Below, one piece after another: positions 18,309 through 30,000 of a DNA stretch of 64,000 nt. The DNA comes from Giardia intestinalis (taxonomy: Eukaryota): the NCBI GenBank assembly GCA_000002435.2, contig CM018792.1; one strand, written 5' to 3'. Below the pieces are notes generated by a model that saw only the letters and a program-made list of their open reading frames with translations, ran no database searches and had not been told where the DNA came from. The first letter of the stretch is position 1. Every line of letters starts with the position of its first letter. Both the position numbers and the translations under genes were made by a program.

Positions 18309-21300
18309 CTAATTATCAAGGATTTTCCTGCAGCTAGCACAATCTGAGCGTAAGACGGAGTCTAGCTTTCTCATACGTGCAATCAAGTCTCCAGCTAAGT
18401 GCTTTCCAACAGTGCCACATTTTGCAATTGCTTTAGAATTATGCACCTTTGCTCGTAGGTTCATCTGTTCTGCGTGCTTATAGGTGCGACGAACCTCTGC
18501 CTCTTCCCTAAGTTTGGAAGAATAAGCACTCACCTCCTTAGCTAGCGCAATTTTATGCTGAGCACAATGCTCTTTTGCAGCTGAAGTATCCTTCTCCAAA
18601 ATGGTTCTGCGTAATTGTGTTTGAATGGCAAGTTCTTCCGCCTCTGTGAACTGGGTATGAAGACGCCCGAATTGGTTGTTGGACGACGAACAGTGATCTG
18701 TGCATGCAAGATTGTCGTCTTCGGTATCAGAAAAACTATAGTCGTTGCGAAGTTCAGTAAGTCGGTCTTCTTCCAGGCTAAAACGCTCCACCTCTCTGTT
18801 CAACGCTGTCAATTCCTTCAAAGTTCCTCCTAGAACCACTGAAGAATTGCTCGACGTAGACTCAATATCACGATGTACAGACGATGCAGTAGATTTTCTA
18901 GAGGATCTATGGTCATTGTATCCACCTTTCACCGTATGCTGAGCCACAAATCGGTGCAGCTCCATAGGAAGCATGATCTTGTTTCTGTAATAATCCTGCA
19001 GACGTAGCCTATCATGGACAGGCATAGGAATAGGTTGCTTGGTTGTTAAATCCTTCAACTCATTGAGCAAAAGTGTTGCTTTCTGGATGTTTTCCGCGGG
19101 ACGCGGATCAATGAGCGTAGCTTCCCGGATCCCAGCAACAACTATTCTGTTGGTCCGCGTGTTCATAGTCTGTCCAAGCTCCCTAGAGGCTTTGTAAAAG
19201 GCCTCTATTAAGCGGGTCTCGTTAGAGGCTGGATTTGCTCCTGTCTTTGCATAGGCATCCAAAGCATCCAAGGAGTATGTTTTCGAGTCTATATCTGTAC
19301 GCACATCTATTGGATGTATGTTAGACTTGAGGACAAGCGGTAATACACCAGCCCGCTGCCCCTCTCGAACAATTTCTACGGTATTATAGGAAAACCTGGG
19401 CTTAGTCTTAATTTGCGCTGGCTGAAGGTATGTCATGCTGGAGTCGGTGTTTCTGGGCGTTAATTTGCGTGGAGTTGGGGGTAGGGCAGACGTCGACAGA
19501 GTGTGGGCAGGCTGCCTGCAGAAACTTCCCAGTTGTAGGACGCTAAGTGGCTTTTTGGGGGGCTCCACGATGGACTTAATCATCTGTACAGCGTACTTTT
19601 CACGAAAAGCGTTTCGAACCGGAGCATCTACATAATCTTGTAGCTTTACCAGTGCATGCACGTTTCTAATTATATTTAATTGCTTTCTGACAAGATGGCC
19701 ACGCATAACTCGTTGAATCGATAGTGTAGCCAGTGTCATGATTACAGAATTGGGTGTCAATATAATTCCGGGGCTGCCAAGGAAGGTTCTACACATAGAA
19801 GATAGAGATACTGTACTATAGTTGTATCTGAATGGATCGCAGAACCATATCTCCAAAAGTGCGGCCTTAAATGCAAGGTCTGGTATGCTGCAACCAGGTC
19901 TATGTGTGACACAATATAATCCGCCAGTAACGTACTGAAAATCATCAAATAGAGTCGTAGAAAATAGCTCCTTAGATGGAAGCGAGAATACAAGGCCTTC
20001 TTTGATTATGCGAAGATTGCTGAGTATAGTCGCCTTCATGTTGTAGCGTATATATGGCGTTACATCTTCTAGCATTGCCTCATCATGCTCTTTATGCGGG
20101 AAGTAAGAGAGTCTGCTGTCACTACAGAAAGTGCGAAACGGATCACAGTCTAATATCATTTCAAACCGATTTTCAGTGTCGTCACCGTTAATCCCTACTG
20201 CGAGAGAGGAAATCGACCGCAAGCCGCAAATTATTTGTGCAGAAATCGATTGAGAGGCTTTCTTTGATTCTCCAGCTACCATAGGGAGGGCAAAGAAGTT
20301 GAAGTCCGATTGGTTATAAAGTTGCTCCCTGTCACCAGTTCCTTGCATACCTTGAACAACTCCTTTCTGACTATCCTGAGGAAAGGACCGTAGGTAGTGA
20401 CAATAAAGACTATTGGCAGAAAGGACAGAATTGATGTAACACCTACTCGAATAGACTTCAACGGCCCCCCACTGCTTTAAAAACGGATGGCCGAAAATGC
20501 GATTATAATTCAGGTTCTGCAGTACATTCATGTTTAATTGGGTTGATCGTCTTTCTAGCTTACTTTTTGGTCTGCGGTTGAGAGTCTCGAGGTCCTTCGT
20601 GAAGAGGTGTGAAGAGGCCGCGTCAAGCTGGTATTCAAAGCCTATAGCGGTAACGATATCAGAGCCGTAGTAACCTCTGAAGACCCAGTCAGTGCTAAGA
20701 GACCAGTCGCAGGCTTCAGCTAACGCCTTGGCACGCTTTTGCTTTTGAGCTGCTAGTTCTTCCTTACTATTTGTTTTCGGCCTGCTAGACGAATCACTAT
20801 AGTGTGAAGTGTCCAGTTGTTGGATGTGTTGCTTAAATTTTTCTGATAGAGGCGGTAAAAGAGTGATATAAGAATGTTCTCCCAAATAGGAAGTCACGTG
20901 AGGAAGCTTGCGTGTAGATTGCGGGTTCAATAAGCAGTTGTCAAATAGATGACCAGCGACTGTCTGGGAAATCAAAAAGAAACCATTTTTAACAATATCT
21001 ACAAAGACAGTTCGGGCCTTTAGCGTTACTAAAAGTCTCATCCTGGCCAAGATACGCCGGAAGTTCCGCTGAATGATCTGAGCCGCTCTTGATACTCGAA
21101 TAGCTAGGCGGATAATTGGATAGGAATGCATACAAAGTGGTGTGCCAGAGTACATACCCTGCTCTGAATCTACGCTTTTCGGTGGAATTGTGTGTTGAGG
21201 TAGGATAGATACTGAGTCACTTTGATACAGTGTAGTCTTTGAGACGGTAGTCTTGTCATCTGGCAAATAACAATCCGAGGACTTCCCGTAGTCAGAGTCC

Positions 21301-23657
21301 CTGGTATTCTGCAAATTAACTAGTGGCTCAGATAAGACAGAAGTATTAACGGTACTAGAAGAAGATCTAAGCCCGTCATCATGCTCGTTGAGTCGTGCTT
21401 TCCAATCGTCGACGGATGGAGCAGATGTAAATACCGATAAACGAGAGGTAGATCGGGGGATCACATTGGTTGACTGCCGTGGATTTAATGCAGCAATTAA
21501 GTTAGCACTAGCGTTGGCAAGAGCTGAGTCACGTCTAGATTGGTCTGTCAGCGTGTTCCTATGTTCAGGACTCACACTGTACTCTTCGACATGGTAGCCG
21601 AACAACTCTAGCGGCGTAAGTATCATGTTACTGCGCCACATTCTAAAGAGGGATTGAATACTGCAGGCGGCACTTGTCTGTACCAATGTGTGCTCTGTTA
21701 GCAGCAGTATGACTGATCGCTTTTCTTTCGCACGCTTTCTGTATGAAGGAATGCTGATACTGTTAGAGAAACAGCCTGCGGTGACAAGAGAAATCAACTC
21801 CTGGTAAAGGCTATGAGATAAGTGCTTTGTCGCTATTGTTTTCCCAACGGTAATAGACCTTTCAACATCACTGATCATGTCCTCTGGATAAAAGCTTGCA
21901 AAAGAGATGAGTTGAAATTCCGACAAGAGATATCTAAAGAGACTAGAGATACAATACAGGTTAAAGTCGAGTTGTAAGATGAATGGCATATCTGTGCCAT
22001 CGGCAGCATCCCAATGGGCTTTCTGGGTGCTCTCCGGGAGGCTGACCGACTCCAAGCTCCTCATAACACGCTGATAGAGGCTGTTGTGTAAATCCTTTGT
22101 CGCAAAGCTAGTTGCACGGGCCAAGGCCTTGCTGTGAAGAATGTCTTTTGGTGCTTCATATGGACTACTAGCAATGATTGAGTATGCAGCTGCAAATGTT
22201 TTAAAGTTACGTTTCTTGATGCACATATCAAAGACTTCTCCAGCTCTCATGGAAGTCGAAGGCACTGCCTTGAGAAGCTGATAATCTGTAGGCGTAGCAG
22301 AAAATGCACCTGCCTTGTGATGAGTATAAAGAGAGAGCTCTTCTGGACGGGCGTCTGGGTAAGCAAAAATGCTTATTTGTAGTTCCGAAAGGATGATTTG
22401 AATAAGTTGCTCGAAAATGGCTATCAGATTAGAATATTTATCTCCTGCTCTTGCGACGTACAGTCGGAGACTCCTGAGTTCATCATTACGTCGAGACGCG
22501 TCACTTAATGAATGACATTGCGATTGCAGACTTGCCATTTGACGATAGGCGCGAGCAATCAGCGTAGCGGCACGCTCACGGTGAGATTCTTCCCTGTCCT
22601 TCTGCTCCATATTCCATCTGTCTGCCATGCATCTATACGTTCGTTGTATGGTTAGCGTAGCACGTTTGACAGCCAAAACACGCAACTTTATTTCCGATGA
22701 ATAGTGTGCATAGACCTTGAACATGCGATAAAAGGCCTGAATTGTTGTGGCTGCATGGGATCTGTGGCACATTATCGTCTTGCATCTGGCTCGTACAACA
22801 AACCCTTTACAGATGCGTTGCAGAGTCACAATCGGACACATACGTTGGTACACAGAAGCAATAGCTCGCAAGTCATCACGAAAGACCTCAACATTATAGG
22901 CATCAAATGCAAATGGGTCGACAAGGTCCTTGATAGGCTTTTCCGAATCATAGATGATCCCACAGTAACGGGCGTAGCAATCCTTTAGGTGCCCCAGAGA
23001 TGAAGCATCAAGAGATGACAGAGACGGACAAGATTCCATGTATTTGATGTTGAGAGAAAGCCCCTGCAATAAGCTATCGCTCAGATTTAGATACGAAATC
23101 CGCTCGGCGAGTGAAATCACGGAGCCATTTAGAAACTGGAGTGACGGGAGAAGATTTACGATGTAGTGACGAAAATGTGGGTTTTCAAGCGCTGGGTTGT
23201 TGGTGCATGTTAAAATAACCAAGTTTGAAAGTGGGGAAAGGGCCTCAAATGCAGCTAGAGAAAGGTTGTTATGGTCCAGATGGAGGGAGCGTAGCTGTGA
23301 AGCAAGGCTCCAATAATGATAATTTCCCAGGTTGTCGAGTTTGTTGAACCGAAGGTCTAGCCGAAGGATTGATGGCGTTAAAGCAATTTTCCAGATGTCG
23401 TAGAGCTCGTTGTGCGGAAGATAGAGAAAGGCCAGTGAAGTGCAGTTGCCTACGTAGGTATGCGCGTGCTTAAGGCCCAAGGCTGTGAGATTGAGGGAGA
23501 CAATGCGGGATAGGTATGCTCTTCTGGTCTGAAGCTCTTGTTGCTCGAATGGTGTCAGCCTTCTAATGATTGCCAGCGCTGTTTCAGTAGAACAGCCTCC
23601 TGTAACATACAGTGACGAGTGTTGAATAAGATCTTGAAGAGTCACATCATCGCGCAT
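18309..23657 (-). CDS. Leucine-rich-repeat and IQ-motif protein (CEP97/LRRIQ-like), 1782 aa, with C-terminal coiled coil
   Basis: N-terminal LRRs (LNLTALGL.., LYLPHNEL.., LDLRFNKLDNL.., LHLDHNNLS..) with an LRR-cap-like segment, then at least six IQ motifs (IQAFYRMFKV, IQRTYRCMADRW, LIARAYRQMA, IQSLFRMWRS, IQRNFRRILARMR, IQRVMRGHLVRKQL). ATG confirmed at 23655-23657. Confidence 0.7.
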   Translation of the reverse strand: MRDDVTLQDLIQHSSLYVTGGCSTETALAIIRRLTPFEQQELQTRRAYLSRIVSLNLTALGLKHAHTYVGNCTSLAFLYLPHNELYDIWKIALTPSILRLDLRFNKLDNLGNYHYWSLASQLRSLHLDHNNLSLAAFEALSPLSNLVILTCTNNPALENPHFRHYIVNLLPSLQFLNGSVISLAERISYLNLSDSLLQGLSLNIKYMESCPSLSSLDASSLGHLKDCYARYCGIIYDSEKPIKDLVDPFAFDAYNVEVFRDDLRAIASVYQRMCPIVTLQRICKGFVVRARCKTIMCHRSHAATTIQAFYRMFKVYAHYSSEIKLRVLAVKRATLTIQRTYRCMADRWNMEQKDREESHRERAATLIARAYRQMASLQSQCHSLSDASRRNDELRSLRLYVARAGDKYSNLIAIFEQLIQIILSELQISIFAYPDARPEELSLYTHHKAGAFSATPTDYQLLKAVPSTSMRAGEVFDMCIKKRNFKTFAAAYSIIASSPYEAPKDILHSKALARATSFATKDLHNSLYQRVMRSLESVSLPESTQKAHWDAADGTDMPFILQLDFNLYCISSLFRYLLSEFQLISFASFYPEDMISDVERSITVGKTIATKHLSHSLYQELISLVTAGCFSNSISIPSYRKRAKEKRSVILLLTEHTLVQTSAACSIQSLFRMWRSNMILTPLELFGYHVEEYSVSPEHRNTLTDQSRRDSALANASANLIAALNPRQSTNVIPRSTSRLSVFTSAPSVDDWKARLNEHDDGLRSSSSTVNTSVLSEPLVNLQNTRDSDYGKSSDCYLPDDKTTVSKTTLYQSDSVSILPQHTIPPKSVDSEQGMYSGTPLCMHSYPIIRLAIRVSRAAQIIQRNFRRILARMRLLVTLKARTVFVDIVKNGFFLISQTVAGHLFDNCLLNPQSTRKLPHVTSYLGEHSYITLLPPLSEKFKQHIQQLDTSHYSDSSSRPKTNSKEELAAQKQKRAKALAEACDWSLSTDWVFRGYYGSDIVTAIGFEYQLDAASSHLFTKDLETLNRRPKSKLERRSTQLNMNVLQNLNYNRIFGHPFLKQWGAVEVYSSRCYINSVLSANSLYCHYLRSFPQDSQKGVVQGMQGTGDREQLYNQSDFNFFALPMVAGESKKASQSISAQIICGLRSISSLAVGINGDDTENRFEMILDCDPFRTFCSDSRLSYFPHKEHDEAMLEDVTPYIRYNMKATILSNLRIIKEGLVFSLPSKELFSTTLFDDFQYVTGGLYCVTHRPGCSIPDLAFKAALLEIWFCDPFRYNYSTVSLSSMCRTFLGSPGIILTPNSVIMTLATLSIQRVMRGHLVRKQLNIIRNVHALVKLQDYVDAPVRNAFREKYAVQMIKSIVEPPKKPLSVLQLGSFCRQPAHTLSTSALPPTPRKLTPRNTDSSMTYLQPAQIKTKPRFSYNTVEIVREGQRAGVLPLVLKSNIHPIDVRTDIDSKTYSLDALDAYAKTGANPASNETRLIEAFYKASRELGQTMNTRTNRIVVAGIREATLIDPRPAENIQKATLLLNELKDLTTKQPIPMPVHDRLRLQDYYRNKIMLPMELHRFVAQHTVKGGYNDHRSSRKSTASSVHRDIESTSSNSSVVLGGTLKELTALNREVERFSLEEDRLTELRNDYSFSDTEDDNLACTDHCSSSNNQFGRLHTQFTEAEELAIQTQLRRTILEKDTSAAKEHCAQHKIALAKEVSAYSSKLREEAEVRRTYKHAEQMNLRAKVHNSKAIAKCGTVGKHLAGDLIARMRKLDSVLRSDCASCRKILDN

Positions 23658-23811
23658 GAACAGGAGGTTTTTGGTTTTTATTAGCGGAGGAAAACATCCC
23701 AGCTCGGTCTGTTCCCTTCAATAGTTAGTCCAGGAAGGCTGGACTTATAAAGGTGCTTCGATTTAACCTGTTTACAAACCATGAACTCTTGAAATTTGGT
23801 CTGAGTTAAAA

Positions 23812-24696
23812 ATGTATTCTCACACTGGCTGCTCCATCTGCCTAGAACATCCGGACTTTAGATGCTCTGGAAAATGCCAAAGATGCTTCTGTAAAAGTTG
23901 CTTCACATCTCCTGAGGTCCATAGTTTTCTTCAACATGATTTGACTTCCGTTCAAAGCCCTGCGGAAGGCACCACACCGGCAACATTTCTCTGTCTCTAT
24001 TGTTCAAGAGGACAAAGGATCTGCTGCTACTGCTTCCGCCCAACGTCTCAAAAAGACTTTGTCTGCAAACATAATGGTTGTAGCACTTCTGCACACTATA
24101 TATGTCTAATGAACTTTTGCAAGCGAAATGCTATATCGGATCAGTGCCCCCTCCACACATGCGCTATTTGCAGCACAGGATCGCAGGGTGCATTTTCTAA
24201 AAGTCGTGGACGCCGGCCAAGTGAGAGCTTTATGCTTACATGTGCACGCTGCCTCAAAACTGCTCATCTCAAGTGCAACAACTCACATCCTATCTTTCAA
24301 CTGATCTATTTTTCGAACAGCTCCACGGACCATGGGCCTATGTACTCTGTGCTCTGCCGCCAATGTCGGATGCAAGTCAACTCGTCCTTCAGCGCACTGG
24401 CTGATTCATGCAGCTTTATGCAGAAGTACAAGAGCTTTCGCTTAAGCGAGCTCACAGCGTTTCACGGGAAGAATAACCAAAGTGCACCATCTCCTTTATC
24501 GCACGATAAGATTAGCGCTATCGTAAGCGCCTGCGAGCCCTATTCCATGGACTTGTTTCTGGACAAGTACATGGCCCTGCTGGGCGTGCCACCGATTCCC
24601 ATTTCCGTTACCTTCAGTAGTACTGATCCTCAAGTAATTCGCTGCACCGATAAGTGGGAGAACCGTGTAGCAGTCATAAATGATAAGGCTAACTGA
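23812..24696 (+). CDS. Cys/His-rich zinc-finger (PHD/RING-like) protein, 294 aa
   Basis: Dense C-x2-C / H spacing (CSICLEHPDFRCSGKCQRCFCKSCF; CAICSTG...CARCLKTAHLKC). No further family assignment possible by eye. Confidence 0.5.
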   Translation: MYSHTGCSICLEHPDFRCSGKCQRCFCKSCFTSPEVHSFLQHDLTSVQSPAEGTTPATFLCLYCSRGQRICCYCFRPTSQKDFVCKHNGCSTSAHYICLMNFCKRNAISDQCPLHTCAICSTGSQGAFSKSRGRRPSESFMLTCARCLKTAHLKCNNSHPIFQLIYFSNSSTDHGPMYSVLCRQCRMQVNSSFSALADSCSFMQKYKSFRLSELTAFHGKNNQSAPSPLSHDKISAIVSACEPYSMDLFLDKYMALLGVPPIPISVTFSSTDPQVIRCTDKWENRVAVINDKAN

Positions 24697-24701
24697 CTAA
24701 G

Positions 24702-26813
24702 CTAGCTAAGAATGGAGTCCGTGTTGCTTATTGTAGAGACATGTTTAGTACCGTCGGAGAATACCGTAGGAGTCGTTTCATCCTTCTCAAGGAATACTTC
24801 ACTAAACTTCACAAACCCCGGTGAACTGCTCAGTGCATCCAGAAGCTCATTGTATACTATTTTCCCGTCCTCTCCGCTAGTAGAGAGTTCCTGAGCCAGC
24901 CTTAATGCCGCACTCAGAGAAGTTGGATATATACCGTGTTTCCATACCAATTCGGGCATTTCGTGCATGTCACAGGGGAGATTGCTCAGTTTTCCGTTTT
25001 CTAAATACTGCATTTTATACTTCAGGTCCATTTGGTCAGAAATTCCAAAGCATAGTCGGAGAAGGTACCGCGCCAATTGCACTAAATGTGACAGACTGCT
25101 GCTCCTCTTATTGAGCTCTGAGTACACTCCATAACTGGCTGTCTCGAAGCGCAGCATAATGGAGGGCTCTGTAGCCACTGCTATTGTCACCTCTGGCATC
25201 TCTCGGCCATACTGCAGCGTTGACTGAAGAATCTGCAATGCGCAGAAATGTACCACGGTGCTTGCAGGAAACTTGCTAATGCAGGAAATAGAGATGACAT
25301 GCAGCTTCAATGCGACAACCTTTTTCACTATGGAAAGGACCCCAACATGGACAGGAATACCTCCACAGTAAATGATATCCCTGAGTGGCACCTTGATGTT
25401 TCCGCTACTGACATGGTGACCGGATTCGGGGAGACGTGAAAAGTTATCGACGGAGTACGAATACGGCGAGGTTATTTGCACATTATTAGACGTATAGTAT
25501 TTGGGTGGCTCGTCGGGAACAAGAGAGTTCCGCACGTCTGCAGAAATAGAGAGAATACGTGCAGCCAGCCTAAAGAGAAGGACAGCTCCTAGTGGGATTT
25601 CGCGACCATTGTTCTTTTGAAGTAGCTCTAGCTGTGCGTCCCAATTATTAAAAGCGCTAAGAATACAAAAGTAGATCTTGTAGATGCCCTGTTCGTAGTC
25701 ATCTATGGTAGGCAGACCCAAGGGTGTGAGAGTAACACCGGGGTTGGCTGTGTCCAGCATGTAGTCAGAATCAGGGATTGTCGAAATTAGTACATTACGA
25801 TCCAACTCAACCCCCAGCAAAGAGTTAAATTGCGAGTGTCGCTCATTAAGAGTAGCGGCCGGCACTGAAGCCAAAGCATCAGGGCTAGTAGCTCTATAAC
25901 ACTGCAGCATTTTAACAGACATGTAGCTCATGGCGCAAAGAACAATTTCGCTGAGTGGTTGAATCTGCCAATGGGTTGTATCGTCAATGAATCGATGACG
26001 TATTATATGTGTCGCAATCCTGGGAACGTGAGCCAAGACAGGTTGCGAAACGCCCGGTATCTCTCTGACAAGCACCTTGCATAGAATGTCGCTAGCTGAT
26101 AGTAGATAGTCCTGAGGTGAGTCCGGGTGTAGGATGTACTCCACCAGTAGATCGAAGATATTGCTGCATGTCGCTAGATCCCGAATAGCATCGATGGCGG
26201 ACTGACAGCGCGTAGTACTATCATAAAAAAGATAACGAAATGCGTCTGCCATCGACGCATCGTAAAGGAATTGCAACCATGTGTGTAGATACTTTGAATT
26301 GGTCTTTAGAAATGATAGTACGGCACAGAATCGCCTCCCAGTCCACATAATAGACTTTATAACCTTGGAGAAGGCCTCGCAAACATGAGCGCTGCGAGAT
26401 ATGAGATGCTTTGGGAGTATAGTTGGAGAGTAGAGTAGGGTATTAGGTCTCCGCAATTCAGCTCGAATCTGATCCGAAAACGATTGCAATGCATGAAATG
26501 GTAGGTCCAGGATGGAGGGGTCGTCCACGATGGGCGCCATGACCTCATTAATGTTTTCACAAGATCGAATCAGCTGCAATGCTTGCTCAGCTGTTTCCGT
26601 ACTACTAGCAAAAAAAATAAAGTCAAGGAGGCGGTGAAGAGTCTTTTTCTGTTTCAGATATTGAATTAGTTCCTCAGTCCTGCATCGAACCTCAAAAAAC
26701 AAGTCTGTATGAGCCAATAGTCCCTCTATGTCATCCGAGGCCACCATTGCTTCTATCGTTTCCGTGTGCGGAGCCTCGTCAGGGGGGTGCGAGGTTAGCA
26801 ACGCTTTTTGCAT
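24702..26813 (-). CDS. Hypothetical protein (703 aa)
   Basis: Long ATG-initiated ORF, convergent with the previous gene with a 5-bp gap. Confidence 0.6.
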   Translation of the reverse strand: MQKALLTSHPPDEAPHTETIEAMVASDDIEGLLAHTDLFFEVRCRTEELIQYLKQKKTLHRLLDFIFFASSTETAEQALQLIRSCENINEVMAPIVDDPSILDLPFHALQSFSDQIRAELRRPNTLLYSPTILPKHLISRSAHVCEAFSKVIKSIMWTGRRFCAVLSFLKTNSKYLHTWLQFLYDASMADAFRYLFYDSTTRCQSAIDAIRDLATCSNIFDLLVEYILHPDSPQDYLLSASDILCKVLVREIPGVSQPVLAHVPRIATHIIRHRFIDDTTHWQIQPLSEIVLCAMSYMSVKMLQCYRATSPDALASVPAATLNERHSQFNSLLGVELDRNVLISTIPDSDYMLDTANPGVTLTPLGLPTIDDYEQGIYKIYFCILSAFNNWDAQLELLQKNNGREIPLGAVLLFRLAARILSISADVRNSLVPDEPPKYYTSNNVQITSPYSYSVDNFSRLPESGHHVSSGNIKVPLRDIIYCGGIPVHVGVLSIVKKVVALKLHVISISCISKFPASTVVHFCALQILQSTLQYGREMPEVTIAVATEPSIMLRFETASYGVYSELNKRSSSLSHLVQLARYLLRLCFGISDQMDLKYKMQYLENGKLSNLPCDMHEMPELVWKHGIYPTSLSAALRLAQELSTSGEDGKIVYNELLDALSSSPGFVKFSEVFLEKDETTPTVFSDGTKHVSTISNTDSILS

Positions 26814-27000
26814 AAGCTGTCAGAAATTCTCGAAAGCGATCTTTTTAAATTTTTTTCACGAAAGAGAATAACTTAAAAAGACAGCTCCCAACCAACCTCG
26901 TCGGCCAGTTCCTCTGCTGTTCACCTGACTTGCTGCCTGCCATCTGCCTGTGCCTACAGAGTCATATAGAATCACATAAAGCAATTTTTGAATCAACAAA

Positions 27001-30000
27001 ATGATATTCAGAATTTTCGTCGAACACTCCGATTATGGTGCTCAGAGTGCTATTGCAGCGACCTTTACTGCACTGGGTATACCAGTCTATGCGACACTGG
27101 TGAACTACAAATCAAGTGTCCCCAAAGGCGTTGCTATCGTGCCACCCTATCGCACGCATCCAACGCACTTCAAATTTTATCTATCAGCATGTAACGTAGT
27201 CGTGCTTTCTGATAAAGACCCTACTGAGGGACAGATTATCTTAGACCTTCTGGAAGAGCGCTTCTTCGTGGGCCATGTCTTTCTCGTCTCGACATACCTT
27301 ACTTGGGGGCACTCTCCTATCGTTCTTGCGGGTACTGGTGAAAATAACTCTACAAATAACGGTCTCAGGCACGTAAATCCAGAGCAGTATGCACGGAGAA
27401 GAGCACTACCAGAAGCGCAAGGAGTAAAGCTCTTAGAGGACAGGCTCGCCAACATGCTGACTAAGCAGTATACTGATGACGATTCTCTCCAGCCGTGCAT
27501 TAGAGGTGCCATCATATCTCACGGGCTTCTCTATGACTCGTACACTGCGGAGGGCAATGAGCTGATGGAACTTGTTGATTTTGTTGTCGAGACGGGCGTG
27601 CTACCAGCCTTTCTGCCCCAAACCTCATATACCGTTTCGATAACGTCATGCTCCAGGGTCGCTATTGAGCTTCGGAACTTCCTTCAAAATACAGTGGAAC
27701 AGGGGGTCAATCTTCAGCATGTCTGCCCGTTCAGGTTTGTTACTGATGAGATGGTTCCTCTGGACACCCTGCTGGATTGTGTCAATGAGGGTGTGTACGG
27801 ATACAGGAAGTTAAGTCCTTCTCCTATGTCTAAGTTGGAGCTGCTCTCTAAGGGATTATCCTCGCGTCTTATATCTCTGCTTTCCCTAGCTTGTGTGCCA
27901 GAACCCAATCCAGTAGATGACTTTAGCTACTCCAATAGTCAAATGTATATGACATATAAACGTGACGAAGACTATGTTCTGGACTCTGTACAGCAGATTC
28001 TCACTGCAAGCGCTATCACAGAGACGCCACACATTGTCGAGTCTGCACGGGGCTACATTACAGCAAGCATTTTACTTCGGCGTCCACGTTACACTGTTGT
28101 TCTTTTGGGAACCCAAGCCTGTTTCTGCGTCGACGATAAGGCCAAGCTTTTAGCCTCTTCTCTAAATACGCCAATTCTCGATCTATCTCTCGCATTACGA
28201 GACCTTGTACAATTGGGAGAAGCTGCCAAGAGTTCCGCATTCTGGGTTCCTCTCTTAAACAAGGATTTACTTCCGACAAAAACTGATCAATTGCTTACTT
28301 CGGCCAAGCCTGGAAAAGCTAGTGCAGAGCTTGTTTCCATTGAAGATAAGGCAGCCCTACTTGTCAAAATTGTTCACAACCTTCCTGCCAATGGTTCTAC
28401 TAGCGAGCTCCTTCTTTCCACTGCCTCGGCAGCGGCCTATTCGCTGAACGTCAAGGGCTTCATTGCGGCGATATTCATGCTGCACATTCGGGCACGCGCC
28501 CTCGTTGCCAACGGTTATCTCCTCGTTCCTGGTATGATGTCTGCTGCTGATTTGGGTAGCCTCTTGGTGACACCTTTGGAGATCTTTCTCGATCAGATGA
28601 ATATAGACCCTGCCCTAGCAGGGGACTCGAAGAAAGCCCCGTCCAAAGGTGAGCTTCCATTCGGAGTGGCTCTACTGATGCAAGAAGATATCAAAGCCTT
28701 GCCAGCGTATGTCCCTGCCACACACACCTTTAGTCTTCAGCGAGTGGCTGTCAATCCGCTTTTGGCCGAGGTGATCACCAATCCTGAGACTTCTCTGAAA
28801 AGGCAGGACAGCTATAACACATACAAGTTGCTAGCAGCGTCTTTAGATAAGCTTCTTATAAAATCAATTCAGCAAGGCATAGAGGTAATTGAGGATCGCG
28901 TTATTGCTTCTTGCCGCCCGTGTTTATCCGGGGAGCTTCGCTTTGCACCTATCTTTATTGACGTCTCGTCCCTTAATATATCCATTGAGGCGCTGAAAAG
29001 AGCATATCTCTTAACTGCAGGCCGCGCAAGGCTTAACCTATTAAAGCAACAGAATCACTCTGACTCGCAGTTGGTATCCACAATGAGCTATCTGAACTCT
29101 TGCTTACTTGAGCTTAACGGTTCAAATTGGCGTTCCACTGCCATGAGGCAGCTGGCTGTCTTAAGGCAAATCCACGCCGTTAGCGACGGCTATTTTGAAT
29201 ATTTGGGAGAACGTCCCACTCCTACCTCGATTTTGGTCAGCATGGCTCAGATGAAGAGCATCTATGGTCCTGAAGCCATTTTATCCGAGATACGTAAACA
29301 CCTTGACCCTTCCACAAACACGTCCATACAAGTGCTAGTACGGACTGGCGATAATACCATACCACAGTCCAAAATCCAGCTGAACAATCTTATGCGATTT
29401 ACAAACATCCATCCAGAGTTACGGGTCATAAATCTACTTCCAAATCTAGGTTCTGAGGGAAGGCTAATGACAGGGCTTTCGGCTGCAGCCTTAGCTCCTA
29501 GTGCTCCCTGCGACTCTAATTCGAATCTTTATGATGTGCTTGTATTGAGGGAATTGTCTAGGCAATCTAATACTGCGCCTGTTCTACACGCAGGAAGCAG
29601 TACTCCAGAACAGAGGCCCGAAGCTGGTGTAAGGGATGTGTTTAGCTCACTCAGCGAGTTAAGCCGTATGCTGCCTAGTGTAGAGGAGAAGGGTGACCTC
29701 AATACCTACGAAGATGTCGATATTCCGGAGGACCCCCTTCCCTCCGGATACAATAAATCTGACGTAAAAGAAACCACAGAGAGCATGCTGACGCCACGGT
29801 CAACAAGACAGGAAAGCGGGAACGAGTGCTCTGATGAGGAAGAATATCCTAACACTGCTATAGGGAACCTGAACTACTTAAGGGACACCGTCGCTCCCTA
29901 TTTGCAACCAGCTTTGGCAAACTGTATGGCGAATTTTGGAGGGAAGCTACATGCTGAGCAGTTTATACAGCGCATGGTTCAGGAGATGTATACCGAATTC